A stretch of DNA of 64,000 nt from assembly GCF_037042905.1 (NCBI RefSeq), contig NC_087252.1, forward strand, positions 22,384,001 to 22,448,000. Direction: 5' to 3'. The stretch's first letter is position 1. The number at the start of each line of letters is the position of its first letter. Source of the DNA: Lytechinus pictus (lineage: Eukaryota). The position numbers were made by a program, and so were the translations under genes. This document shows positions 1-12,143 of the stretch, one piece after another. The notes beneath the pieces were generated by a model. That model saw only the letters and a list, made by a program, of their open reading frames with translations, had not been told where the DNA came from and ran no database searches.

Positions 1-509
1 TGCGGGCATGAGCGAAATTTTGTGTGTATAGCCGAGGGTGGGGCAGCCTCGGCTATAAACACCAAATTTTCCAGCCTAGTTTGATAATTTTTTTAAGACA
101 AGTGTTTGATACGATGTTGTGTCCATGCATGCATTTGTACAAAAAATTAGAAAATAACAAATAAGTAGACATAATCAAAATATAAGCATGTATCCCTTTT
201 TTACCATGACATTGAGGGAAAGAGAATTCAGCCTTGATCACACCCCTGCATTTGAGATAAATTATAATGATCAAATTGATGAGCTTCCTTTGATTTGATT
301 AATCCAGATTCCAAAATATACATTTAGTCTGAGTAATTTTTGCAATAACACGGAAGTGAGAAGGAGTGAGAAGATTAGCATTATTCAAAGATAAATCATT
401 TATTACTAGAATTATTCAGTGTATTTTGAAAGTACATGTACATGGCAAACCACACAGATAAAGAATTAAAGAATCACATTAAGATGGAATCCACAACAAA
501 ATTAAGTAC

Positions 510-1096
510 GATGTTGTTTGAAGGTTTGCATGGTGGTATGTACAATCGCTGATGTGGTTTACGGTACACCATGTGAAGTGTTGTAGAAACAGTGGATAGG
601 AGAAGAGAAGAAATGGATAGGCGAGAAAGTGGAGATTTGAGAGTAGAGTCTTCTTTCTTGAAAGTAGTCCTGAAAAGGACTGTAAACCAGGAAAGATTGA
701 TGAGTTGAGAACAGCTTGAGTAGTAGAGCTAGTGAGGAGATGCTGGCTTGAGTCGGCGAGTAGAGATGATGAGTAGTAGAGAGACTCGACGTTTCGGGCA
801 GGTTGACTGTCCGTCTTCAGGAGTGAAGACGGACAGTCAACCTGCCCGAAACGTCGAGTCTCTCTACTACTCATCATCTCTACTCGCCGACTCAAGCCAG
901 CATCTCCTCACTAGCTCTACTACTCAAGCTGTTCTCAACTCATCAATCTTTCCTGGTTTACAGTCCTTTTCAGGACTACTTTCAAGAAAGAAGACTCTAC
1001 TCTCAAATCTCCACTTTCTCGCCTATCCATTTCTTCTCTTCTCCTATCCACTGTTTCTACAACACTTCACATGGTGTACCGTAAACCACATCAGCG
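510..1096. mobile_element. Penelope-like element remnant: inverted pseudo-LTR pair with tail, flanked by a 12-bp target-site duplication
   Basis: Apparently perfect 274-bp inverted repeat (546-819 / 824-1097, spacer GGAG), a 36-bp unpaired extension (510-545), direct repeat AAAATTAAGTAC at 498-509 and 1097-1108, and a hammerhead motif at the centre. Inverted pLTR, tail and hammerhead together match known PLE architecture. Confidence 0.8.
784..824 (-). ncRNA. Minimal type I hammerhead ribozyme (PLE-associated)
   Basis: Minus strand reads ACUC-CUGAAGA-C-GGACAG-ucaac-CUGCC-C-GAAAC-GUC-GAGU: stem I ACUC/GAGU, CUGANGA core, stem II, GAAA, minimal stem III and a GUC cleavage triplet. Confidence 0.75.
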
Positions 1097-1148
1097 AAAA
1101 TTAAGTACATAAGGGAAAAAAAATCATTTTAACAGTGTAGATTCATAC

Positions 1149-1268
1149 CTGATATGCTCTGACGAGTGTCCCTCCGTCTAAGGAGATGAAAAGATGTCCT
1201 GGACACCCCCATACAGAATGGATCGTCCTCTTCAGCAAACCTTCTCTTGTGAATATTGCTTGTAAGTC
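1149..1268 (-). other. Possible isolated 120-nt exon of a gene continuing off the left edge (product unknown)
   Basis: On the minus strand: tgcag| acceptor, CAG|gtatga donor, a GC-richer island in AT-rich DNA, and two open frames (DLQAIFTREGLLKR... or LTSNIHKRRFAEEDDPFCMG...). No family recognised. Confidence 0.3.
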
Positions 1269-1524
1269 CTGCATATTCAATACAAGATTTCAGGTGTTAG
1301 TAACAATAACTTTAAAAAACATGTAACAAGCATTATCAATTTTATCTTGGTCCGATAAGAACTATTAATGAATAAAAGCTACACGTATGTAGCTTGGCCA
1401 TCATAGAGATGTATTTATGTTATGATCTTTAGTTTTCAATCTTTTTATATTAGAGTCTATATTTCATCACACACACTTGTATATGTATATATATATATAT
1501 ATATTGATAAAGGGAGTTTTAAAT

Positions 1525-1810
1525 ATGATGCTGGAAATGCTGGAGATGATGACGATGGTGATGATGATAATGACGATGATGATGATGACAATTGTGATAA
1601 TGATAGTGAAAGATGATGGTGGTTATGATGACGACGACAATGGTGATAATGATGGAGGTGGTGATAATGATATACATGTAGGTGGTGTTGTTAATCATGT
1701 TGATGATAATAGTGTAGATGCATGGTGCTGAAGATGATGATGATGGTAATGATGATGATAGTGGTGGTTGTGGTCACTGCTGGCAACAATGACAATGATG
1801 TTGATTACGG
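1525..1810 (+). repeat. Degenerate (GAT/GGT)n trinucleotide microsatellite
   Basis: Runs of gatgat/ggtgat; these explain the D/M-rich spurious ORFs. Confidence 0.9.
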
Positions 1811-4469
1811 TGGCATTCTTAATTTAACAATAATTCACTGCGAAGAAACGGGTGAGTAAAGTGGACAACCAAGACACAAAGGAGAAAAAAAAGAAAAGGA
1901 CAAACATGGTGTTATTTGTTGATTATTAATGTATAAAAGTCTATCACATTATTAGATTTTCATTTCAAAACGGCCGTTTTCACTTGCTTGCTTTGCTCAC
2001 TCACAGTTTCTCAGAAATCTTTCAGCATATGCCATTGTGTGCCTCTTATTTTTTGCAGTAAAATGAGACAAAGTACATGTACATTGGTCATAAAGGCACT
2101 TTTCTTTATAATTTCCTTTAAAGTGACATTAAACATTTCACTATAAAGCTCTTTTTACATGACCTTGAGTTTACATTGATGGTTTTGTGAAAATACCGGT
2201 ACCTGGAAATATCAAGGTTTCTTTTGTTTTGTGGAGAAGGGGGGGGGGGGGCAAGAGCCAACCTCACTCTCCCTTCCACGTTTTGTCTATGGATGTAATA
2301 TTATTAACTTTAAGAAGTTGTGCATAACTTTGTGTTATTCAAGAACAATATATTGTGCACTTCTTCTTAGAGGCATTCCTGCACCTGCTTTACCCCCCCC
2401 CCCCCCCCCCGTCTTTCTTTGTCTATCCGACTCTCTCTCCATCGATCCCTCCTGTAGACTATAAATCTCTAATTTATCATGCATTAAAGCAGGTTTCACC
2501 AGTTTTGTGCAATGAGAGATACTTTGTATGAATTGTGGAGTATCATGACTGACTTAGGAAGGGGGGGGCTCAGTAAAAAGTATCATGTTTTTATGCCACT
2601 TTTAGATCCCATTTTTCAGTCCTAAATTTCAGATCTTGGCAGCAGCATCCAGACGTTGCCATTCAAGGAACACTCAAAATTGCCCTACATGTACATGTAT
2701 ATCAAATCAATTCCACCTCTGTCTCACACCCTTATTCCACTCTTAACAGAGATCAATAAACTTTAAAAAAAAAAACATGCTTTGAACAAAAATTTCAGAA
2801 TTATCAGATTTTTATTTAGTTTCACTTTCATACATGTATGAAGCAGTAGCATTAACATCATATGCAGCAACATTTGTTAAAACATGCCATTTGTGGGTAA
2901 TTCTGTATCTACCAGAAGCAAGGAGTCATCACTGCATGAATTAAGAAAATCAAATTCTACCTGTAGAGACAAGTTTATTTTGTCCAAATCTATAAAAAAA
3001 GATTATTTGGTAATTAAAAAAAAAGGACTAGATGAGGAAAGGTGAATTCTCACTTCACATATACGTATGTACATGTGCAGTATGTATTAGCCATTTTGAG
3101 CTTTTGGTACCCAAATACAATCACTTCAATACCTGCAGATTCCACTACTGCCTATTAAAAACAAAGCAAAATATTCTCTTCCCTACAATTCACTACATTT
3201 GCTTATAAATTAAAAAATCTGTGAAATCACTATCAAAGCCCTCCTCCTTGTCAGTTTCCCCCGATATGGAACAGTGCATTAACCGCTATTAAAAAGAAAA
3301 CCCCCTCACCTCAAAAGGAAAATGTTTCATACAGCTGATGCTACATGTAAATAAAAAACGTACATCGAATGTGATCTGCAAAGAATGTGATTCACCCCCA
3401 GAAAATAGTAACTGCATTGGGTACATAACAAAATGTCACTTGGAATGAATACATCGGAAGAAATAGCTCAGACTATCTGACCCCCCTCCGAATTAAGGGG
3501 CAAAATCACCAGAGCCCCGTCCCAGTGTGATTATTTTCCCTGCAGAGGATGGTCTGGCAAGTGGCAATGGACAAAGGTAATAATTGGTATATTGACATCC
3601 ATATTAAGCATAACTGTCATATTAATTCAATAAATTGCACATTTTAATACAGAGAACCTAAAACGTACGTGTACATTTGCCACGGAATGTACAGACTAAT
3701 TTACGGAGACGTTCGAGAAATTCAATACAAGAATCAAAAGGTAGGTATCATACTGCAAAAAACATATTTTTAAAAAGTACAGTAAAGAGTACACATAAAT
3801 GCGTCATAAAATGTGTCACAGAGAGATCACATGTTGAATTATGGAATGATAAACAATGCGCAGCCCAGCATGTGTATAGTCCATGCTCTGTTGTCACAAA
3901 AGTCAAGCAATTGTACAGAGAAAACGTTTGTGACAATTGAGCAAATGCTGTTGCCAATTTGCTTTTTAGATGCAAAAGTATTATGTCTATACACATGTAC
4001 AGTATTTCAGTAATTCTGGAAATAACATCACACTTTAATATCTCATTCCCATCAACACCCGGGCCCTGTTACATAAAAGCTACTTAATATAGTATTAATA
4101 TTCCATCCAATGGTAACTTGCATGGAATCCTTGATTTTGATTGGCTGTTGATCTTTACCATGGTAGTTACATGTACCATTGGAAAAATTACCATAATACT
4201 ATAATGGTAACTTTTATGCAACGGGGCCTGAGGGAGTATCATTGTGGTACAAGTGATGCAATTTTTAACTTTGTCAATCTACATGTAACATACTGTATTA
4301 TATTACAGTACAATTCATGTTTACACTCTACACTGCATTTAAATTTACAATGTGCAGACAAATATTTGATTGCTATAATGAGAAATCATTATCATAGTTG
4401 CTATTAAATGGCAACATTTGTACAGTGCAAACCTACATGTATGTACTGTACCGTGTGACTTGCTCTGCT

Positions 4470-4715
4470 CCAATCAATCTCGACTGTATGGCTTGGAAAT
4501 CCACCAGTGTCATCATTTTTCCTACAGGAAATTTGCACAATATCTTTTGCGAACAAAAAGCAGCACAATAAATTTTCAACAAAACAACGAATGCATGAAT
4601 ATACAGCATATCTGGAAAATATTTCGAACAAACACCCATTTTAGATGTTGAAGTTGCTGGCCTTCCATAGTTGGGTTGATCAGATCAATTGCATATTTTT
4701 GTAAGATGGGGCCCT
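4470..4715 (+). mobile_element. MITE (family with ggggcccgtcttacaaagagttgcgattgatc termini), 5'-partial copy
   Basis: Similar to copies at 11867-12143, 22672-22929 and 61245-61505 (shared ggaaatccatcaatgtcat...ttttagatgttga core). Confidence 0.7.
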
Positions 4716-5557
4716 GAACGATGCTTTTCATCCAATTAAAATAAAGTCATAAATCCATTGCAGTTTTCATAAAATGACAATTCCAAGTACCTGCAAAACC
4801 AGTTATTCAGATCTGCCAAACTGTAAAACTAAAAACTAGTAATCTAGAAGTAGAAGCTCAAAAGTCATGATTTTGACATAAAAGTCATAATTTCATAAGC
4901 GCCACGCAGTATTATACATTTCTTTGAAGAGAACTGTACAGATTCCTTAAAAAGAAGTGAATCCTCAGATTCAGAATCATCTTTGGTACTCTTTCTTTCG
5001 CGTAAATCAATTATAAATCCAAGAGGAAAAACAAACAAGATCGAGTCAGTATTTGAGCATGTGATGATAACATTCAGAGTGATATACAAAAAATATACGA
5101 TCATGCGAATAATGAGCATTATTGGCCATCTTCAGATGAGTTCATCCCTGCCCAATGTATTACTATAAGTAAAGTATTAAATATTAACATACTTACTTGC
5201 CCTCAAAAGTGTAATAATAAAGGTCAAAAGCATAATGGAATAATTTGACATGAAAATCATAATAATTATGACTTTTCCTTAATAGTTGGCAGCTCTGTAA
5301 TAATTTGTTTATAATATTCTCCTAGTGCTTCTCTTGTCAACATTCTCTTTTATTTACAGAACTAACCCAATGCCAGAATTTGCATCTGAAGTTCCTGGGC
5401 CCGTACCATAAAGCTTTAATAGCGATTGATCAAAGGGCTAATTTCTATGATTGATTGCACAAATTATTGTGTACAGCTATGTATGACTAGTAATTAGCAT
5501 CGGCCCCATGATCAATCACTCAAAAGCTCTATGTTATGGGGGAGCCCCTGTAGTCAT

Positions 5558-6799
5558 CTACAAATATTTCATGAAAGATTCCGGTAGGAGCAGACCATCC
5601 TCAAGCAGAGTCTCTTTGCTCCGGTGCATCGTCACCCCTTGGGAACCTAGGCTTGTTATCCAGGACTCGTAATTGTGAAGGAAGAGGTCTGCCTGAAGGG
5701 ATTTGACAGTGTCCTTTGGAATGTCCGGAGGTAGAAGGGCAAAGACGCAACCTCCTCCGCCAGCTCCGGTCAGCTTGGCATGCATGTCGTATGCTGCAGC
5801 AGAGCGGCATATGTTGTTGATGGCTGGATGCGACACTCCTAGTATGTCCAACAGCTGTTGGTTGATGTCCACAAGCGTTTCAAGGGTCTTGAAGGCAGTG
5901 CCCTTGTCCAAGGATTTGTCCGTCTTTAGAGCTTGCAGAGTTCGCTTACATTCCTGTGATATCTCCTCTATGGAATCAAGGATGGGAGCGTATATCTTTG
6001 GGTATCTGTCATGACGTCTCCGCACACCTGCAACAAGTTCCTTTGTGCTTCTAGGTACACAGGTGTTCACCAAGAGGATAGACAGCTCTGGCATATTTTC
6101 AAGAGGGGTAATGACCTTCTGCTTGTATTCTATAGCACCACCATGAATACTTATTGAGTTATCAATCCCAGAAGGATTCCCATGAATTACACGCTCCCCT
6201 TCATAAGCCCATGTATTGATCAAGTCCATGTCTTCTTTGGACCATCCAAATTGATCGTCGGATGAAGATTTGGCGCTGACAGCTTTGGCCCAGGTCAGCA
6301 ACCCCGCAGCAAGACAGACAGAAAAGGCAGCAGACGATCCTAGCCCTGCACCTGGAGGAAGGGCAGATGACACCAGAATGTCCAGGATTGGAAGCTGTCC
6401 ATTCCTACCAGCAATGCAGAGGTACAAGAACAAAAATGCCATCACAGCCAAGCGTTTTGTGGTCTCCGTATCGCCATAACCAAGGTACAACCTCAATCGC
6501 TGCATGATCTCTGTGCTCGGTTTGACCTCCCTGGCATCACTACGGAGCAGATCCTGGAATTTCTCCTGCAATTCCTGGACATTCCAGGATCTTTCAAGAT
6601 CGATGTCTGGAAGATTGACGTGGAGCTGTCCAGATTCTTGCTCTTTCAGACGAAGGTACGACCGGAGATTGAGACCTGCTGCCAGGGCCGTCTTCCCAAG
6701 GACAACAGCGTGTTCACCATGCAGGATGATCTTACCAGGCGCCGAGATGATGATGGAGTCGGATTTTGCAGTGGAATTATCGGCAAGTTTGGCTGTCAT
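5558..6799 (-). CDS. MVK: Mevalonate kinase (GHMP kinase family), single coding exon, 413 aa
   Basis: SAPGKIILHGEHAVV N-terminal motif, PPGAGLGSSAA ATP-binding loop, GERVIHGNPSGIDN, and KLTGAGGGGC. A strong polypyrimidine acceptor lies just upstream of the ATG (AG at 6833-6834 or 6821-6822). Confidence 0.96.
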   Translation of the reverse strand: MTAKLADNSTAKSDSIIISAPGKIILHGEHAVVLGKTALAAGLNLRSYLRLKEQESGQLHVNLPDIDLERSWNVQELQEKFQDLLRSDAREVKPSTEIMQRLRLYLGYGDTETTKRLAVMAFLFLYLCIAGRNGQLPILDILVSSALPPGAGLGSSAAFSVCLAAGLLTWAKAVSAKSSSDDQFGWSKEDMDLINTWAYEGERVIHGNPSGIDNSISIHGGAIEYKQKVITPLENMPELSILLVNTCVPRSTKELVAGVRRRHDRYPKIYAPILDSIEEISQECKRTLQALKTDKSLDKGTAFKTLETLVDINQQLLDILGVSHPAINNICRSAAAYDMHAKLTGAGGGGCVFALLPPDIPKDTVKSLQADLFLHNYESWITSLGSQGVTMHRSKETLLEDGLLLPESFMKYL

Positions 6800-8084
6800 C
6801 TTGTTTTTTTAAATGCACATCTATAAGGAATGCTGAGAAGAAATGAAAATCAGAGAGAAGAAATACCTAAGTCACTAAAGATTTATACTTCCGCCTTGAC
6901 TTTCAAATACGTCACATCGCCAAATTTCAAACATACCTTTTCTGACATGATATACATGTAGTTGGCTCCATTAATGAACTCACTATTCAATTTCTCATAT
7001 TGCCCACCCCCCATTCAATTTCAATAGGCAAAAAGATGATTTAATTTACCAGTTCTTAAGTTGACTTAGTAGGGGTGCCACCGTGCCAGTGATTGCAAAT
7101 TTGAAAATAATTCTGATTTTCATTTTTCACAGCATTCAGACAATATAGATATACATGTACATGTACTGTACACACATATTGGGATGAAGAAACCTCTTAA
7201 ATCTGATCTACATGTAAAATGGATACCAATATTTGAGAGTAAAAATAAATAAAATCATCCACTTCTAATGTTCCAGTCTCTATGTTCAGGTACTCATGGT
7301 TGACGAATATTGTATTTTGTAGTTGTGCATGCATGCTAAGTTATTAACTTATAAACTCGGTAGATTATCTGTAGATTACTGAAACAAAGTAAAAACAAAT
7401 TAAGAAAAGAAGAGTTGTTTTAAAATTAAAAATTAAATAGGTCATTCAAAAAGGAAAGAGACATAGGCTACATGTAAATACCGGTACTTTTTGCAGTTTT
7501 TAATGTGACAAAAGATCATTCTCTTTCTATATTTACCTTACGGGTACAAACTGAAATGTATTGTGCAGGCATGGGGCACCAATTGTCTGTTTTTAAATGT
7601 TGAATGACAGACTCTGCTTTTTCATAAACACATGTTTTTACCCTATTTTTTCACTTTGATTTTGGGACAATCTTGTTTTAACTTACATTGAAATAAGGGT
7701 ACAATAGGGTCTAAAAAATCATGGCAAAGTGCTGTAAACAGATGCTGGAAGAATTTGAATAGGATAATTCATAATCATAACAAGATCTTGATTGATTGAT
7801 AAAAAATTAACGACACTATCAACACATGCGTGTCATATAAGTTTCGGACAGTTAATCTGGAAAGGTTACTATAATACAGTACAAATTACCCTAATGCAAC
7901 TTTACAAAGGAACAGGATTATAAATTAGTAATTATCAGTAATAAATTAATACGTTAGTTCTACTTCCCCGGGATAACTTCCCTACTCTTTACGAAAAGAG
8001 GAGTAGGTTTTTTAACGTGCAAATGGTTTGACTCAAGTTGGACAGCTGAGTTATAGATATTCAGTTGTTCCATAGATTTTGACT

Positions 8085-8457
8085 ACCAATCATATTTCAT
8101 GATTTAAAAAAATGGACACCTTTTTTAGTCAAAACTGGTTTTAATAAAAAATGTTTTGTTTTCATTTTTTCTTAAATGGACATCATTTTTTTTATTATAA
8201 ATGGTTTTAATTAAAAAAGAATGGATACCTTGTACTTGTTCCATAGATTTTGACTACCAATCATATTTCATGATTTAAAAAATGGACACCTTTTTTAATT
8301 TATGGTTTAAAAAATGGACACCTTTTTTAATCAAAACTGGTTTTAATAAAAAAATGTTTTGTTTTCATTTTTTTTTTATGGACATCATTTTTTTTTAATG
8401 GACATCATTTTTTAAATTAAAAATGGTTTTAATTAAAAAAGAATGGATACCTTGTAC
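8085..8457. repeat. Local tandem duplication built of aaatggacac(c)tttttt-type units
   Basis: ttgttccatagattttgactaccaatcatatttcatgatttaaaaaaatggacacc occurs near 8066 and again near 8236, with internal sub-repeats. Confidence 0.75.
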
Positions 8458-9301
8458 TTAAGATATATTTGTTCATTTTGCTGACCATGGAATTGTAATT
8501 TGTATTAAGTGACAATGCTCAATCTCAATTCCAATATAGGTAAGCATAAATTGGCCTCTGGAAAACTTTAATGTTAGACACCACAATTTGTGTACTGTAC
8601 ATTCATCGTCTTGGACTTGCCATTGATCCACTCACACGTATTGCGAGGTTAGTATTAGTAATAGTATACTACTAACCTCGCACCACGAACCGCGTTTGGC
8701 AGTGGATTTCTAACTAGTGAGTAGTGGGTCGCGCGTGCTGGGATCTCACTTCTTGGGTCCACAACACACGACTTCTATGGCTTGATTTTTCTGTGCACGG
8801 CGGCATGTAATGAACCCTTGGGTGCCATTGATCATTATGTCGACACTGTCATGTCACTGACAATTGTCAATGAATGTCAATGACAATGTCACTGACGGTG
8901 TTACTTGTCTCGACTCGAGTCGTTCTCTCAAGACTCGGCCTCGCCGGCCGGCCCCCAGGAGTGTCCATGAAGTATGAACATGTCCATCAACAAACATAAC
9001 AGGCCAGAACAAGAACCAAGGCCAAGACATGGTCTCAAGACTAAACACATCACACTACATGTACACCAGTACGAGTGCTGAGCGATGATGAGCCCGGGCC
9101 CGATTTGTGATGATGGAGCCGCGACGCGCTGTGTACATGTATCGTCAGTCAAGATAACGGAGAGTCAAACAATCACCAGCCCGTGGCGGGCGGGGGGCGA
9201 AGTCCGCCGCACACCGCTGTTTCTCCATCGCAGAACCCGGCGCGACTAACAACCGAAAACAATATTTTACAACATAAATATCACTTCTAAATCATACATA
9301 C

Positions 9302-9450
9302 CTCTTTGTGATTGATTGGAATGCAGTCTAAAATATGTTGCGCTCTGAAAACAGGTTCAGTGGCCATTAGAAAGAAGAAAAACTACTTTAGGAAGACGGA
9401 GAAATCAAGTTCTTTCCAGTGAGTGGCTCTAAAATTCTTCCGTCGGATCG
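9302..9450 (-). promoter_or_regulatory. Probable non-coding first exon / promoter region of MVK
   Basis: Donor AAAGAG|gtatgt at 9301-9300 on the minus strand, next to a CpG-rich stretch (about 8640-9250). The upstream boundary is a guess. Confidence 0.4.
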
Positions 9451-10681
9451 GTACATTTAGTCTATACCCCAAAGAAAATGACTATTAAAATGCTTATTTA
9501 TCTGCATCGGGCAGAAGCCAAATAGAACTAAAAATCATTCAGTTGTATATGAATAATAAAAAAATACTATCAAATTGGAATTATATGAGTGAAAGATGGA
9601 TTTTAGTCAAAACAACGAATAAAAAAATTAGATTAGTCTGAATTATTGATAAAAATCTGTCGACTGATGATCGACCGATCTCGGTGAGAAATGGGCGGGG
9701 CAACATCACTGAACTATAATAATATATAAATATCGTTTGGCAAAATCCACTGACAAGTTAGATACTATATGCAAGGAAAATCTTTGCTATGACCAACAAT
9801 ATACCTCTAACATCTTCAAATTGCAGAATTCCCGAATGAGATTGAAACCCGCCCAATTTCATTACCCAATTCTTACAATCCATTATTTGTAAGCCCAGAA
9901 AAAGATTGGCACATTTTTGTTTTCAATAAATCTTTGTTATAATAATTCAACTCTGTTTGTGTTGAAATTATAATCGCAACAATTGTCAAACTACCAGCTA
10001 GCGTTTCTGCTGGCTATATCAGTTATCCCGTAACATAAATCACACCTAAACTCACCCCCTGTATTCATATAATTTGCCATTTACTCTATGAAGAAAAGGG
10101 GAAAAAAATAGTGATGTTTTTGTATTTGAGGGCTGCAACTTGAAGAAAATCACAATTCGATGGTTATTTTCACATTACGTACATGGTAAGTGGGGACTTA
10201 TATTGCCCCCCCCCCCCATTCCATGACCCCTGCTATTTGCCTCACTCTCCCCACCCTCTTCCCCCCCCCCCCCCCCTTGTCCTCTTTCCTTCCATAAAAA
10301 AAGGATGCCACTTTTGAGACGGAAGTCTGAATTCGGACTTTCAGCCACAGAAATTTGACATATTTTTGTGTGTGTATGAAATGGTTCATTCGAGATGTTT
10401 TTCAGACTTAAAAAAAAATCAATTCTAAGTGGCATCGCTGCATAGACATGCATGCCAGAGCCATCTGAGTCTTTAAGCTAGGTTAAGACTTTGTCAAGCT
10501 CTGAGGGGGGGGGGGGGATTTCAAAAACAACTTGTTACTCATTAGACCCATTTCACAATTAGCCAATTCATTTTGACTGTGACAAACCCATTACAGTTTA
10601 TGATAGTGTGGAGTATCCCCCCCCCCCCCCCTTCCCCCATAGGACTATATTTCTTTGGCTGAGCCAACTATAATACTACAT

Positions 10682-11098
10682 GGGTAAATTGCCTATTCGT
10701 CCACTGCCAAATCATCCACCACATGGTCTACTTACTACCTTCATTTAGTCTAATGCCATTCCGTCCATCAACATTTCGTCTCACAACCATTTGGTCCAAT
10801 AACATTAGGTCCAATCATCACTTTGTCTATTCACCATTTCGTCTAATAACTAGTTGGTCTAATACCCATTTTCTTTTTATTCATTTTGCACATTTAACAC
10901 TTTAGTTTAATTAGACCACATGGTATATAGACTAAATGGCTATTAGCTAGACCAACTGATTATTAGACAAAATGGCATTAGACTAAGAATATATGAAAGT
11001 AGACCATGTGGTGAGTAGACAAACTGATGATAGACCAAATGGTAGTACACAGGTTGGCAATGGGACGAAGTGGCATTAGACAAATTGGAAATAAACCA
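10682..11098. mobile_element. Non-autonomous repeat with internal short tandem motifs (attagacc/gtcta family)
   Basis: Related copies at about 50195-50587 and 53006-53318 (the latter reversed or partial). Confidence 0.65.
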
Positions 11099-11866
11099 CC
11101 ACATGTACATGTATATAACCATGTATTCTGAACAACTTTACTACTAAATAAAAGATACAAAAGACATGTATGTATTCATCACACCAATCATAAATCTCTG
11201 ATTTTTATTCAATTTGATATTCAAAAAGCAATTAAGATCACACAAATACCATAATTTGTGCCTACAGGAAACAACATGGATAACAAACATAGTCTCATCT
11301 TCAGACCTTACAAATACTGCTCAAAATCAGTATAATGATAGGTTGAAGAGTCATTGTATTTAGGACCACAGACATTTTCAAGACGACTTGTGCACAAGAC
11401 TTGAACAACGTGTACATTGGATCACAACATAATTATCAAGGCTATAGGTAATTAAACTGTGCAGTTAAACATCTCCGATATGAAAATATACTATAGAGAT
11501 TCGTTCACAGATCCTCAAAAATAATTTCAGATTCATTGTACTGTTAAGTGAAAACATTGATCACAACTTAAACCTTAATGAGCATATCTGATAATTGGCG
11601 CCCATTTTATTCAGAAGCTGGAAGCACCCCCTTCTTTTCCAGTGTTTAGAGAACAGTGAAATCTTATCTCATGATTATGGAAAATAAACTTACCCAAAAA
11701 GAGCATTTCAATGTTTGAGAACATACACCAAACATGTCAGATTAATTCATCTACTTACCCCCCTAAATGTGTATGTTTTGCAGTAATTACTTAATAATCA
11801 AGCGTTCCCATAAAAATATATTTGGTTTTGTAAGCCGGCCTTGCCTGGATTTGCGAGAATATCCAT

Positions 11867-12143
11867 GTCCCCGTCTTAATTACACAAAGAGTTACGATTG
11901 ATCCAATCAACATCAACTACAGTACATGGAAATCCATCAATGTCATACTATTTTTTTCTTCACGAAACTTGCACAATGTTCATTGTAAAAAAAGAGAAGC
12001 ACACTGAAATTTCAAGAAAACTATGAATGTATGAATATACATCATCTAGAAAATATTTTAGACATGCATTTTAGATGTTGATGCTGCTGGCTTTCCAAAG
12101 TTGGGTTGATTAGATCAATTGTAACTCTTTGTAACACGGGGCC
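11867..12143 (+). mobile_element. MITE, same family as 22672-22929 and 61245-61505
   Basis: Terminal inverted repeats ccccgtctt...acaaagagttac / gtaactctttgtaacacgggg. Confidence 0.75.

Noticed and set aside
479..1104. Mirror-image ORFs of 138 aa (-) and 118 aa (+)
   Set aside because: By-product of the inverted repeat; low-complexity Ser/Leu-rich translation with no recognisable domain.
5601..6826. Several ORFs overlapping MVK in other frames or strands
   Set aside because: Shadow ORFs of a GC-richer coding region.
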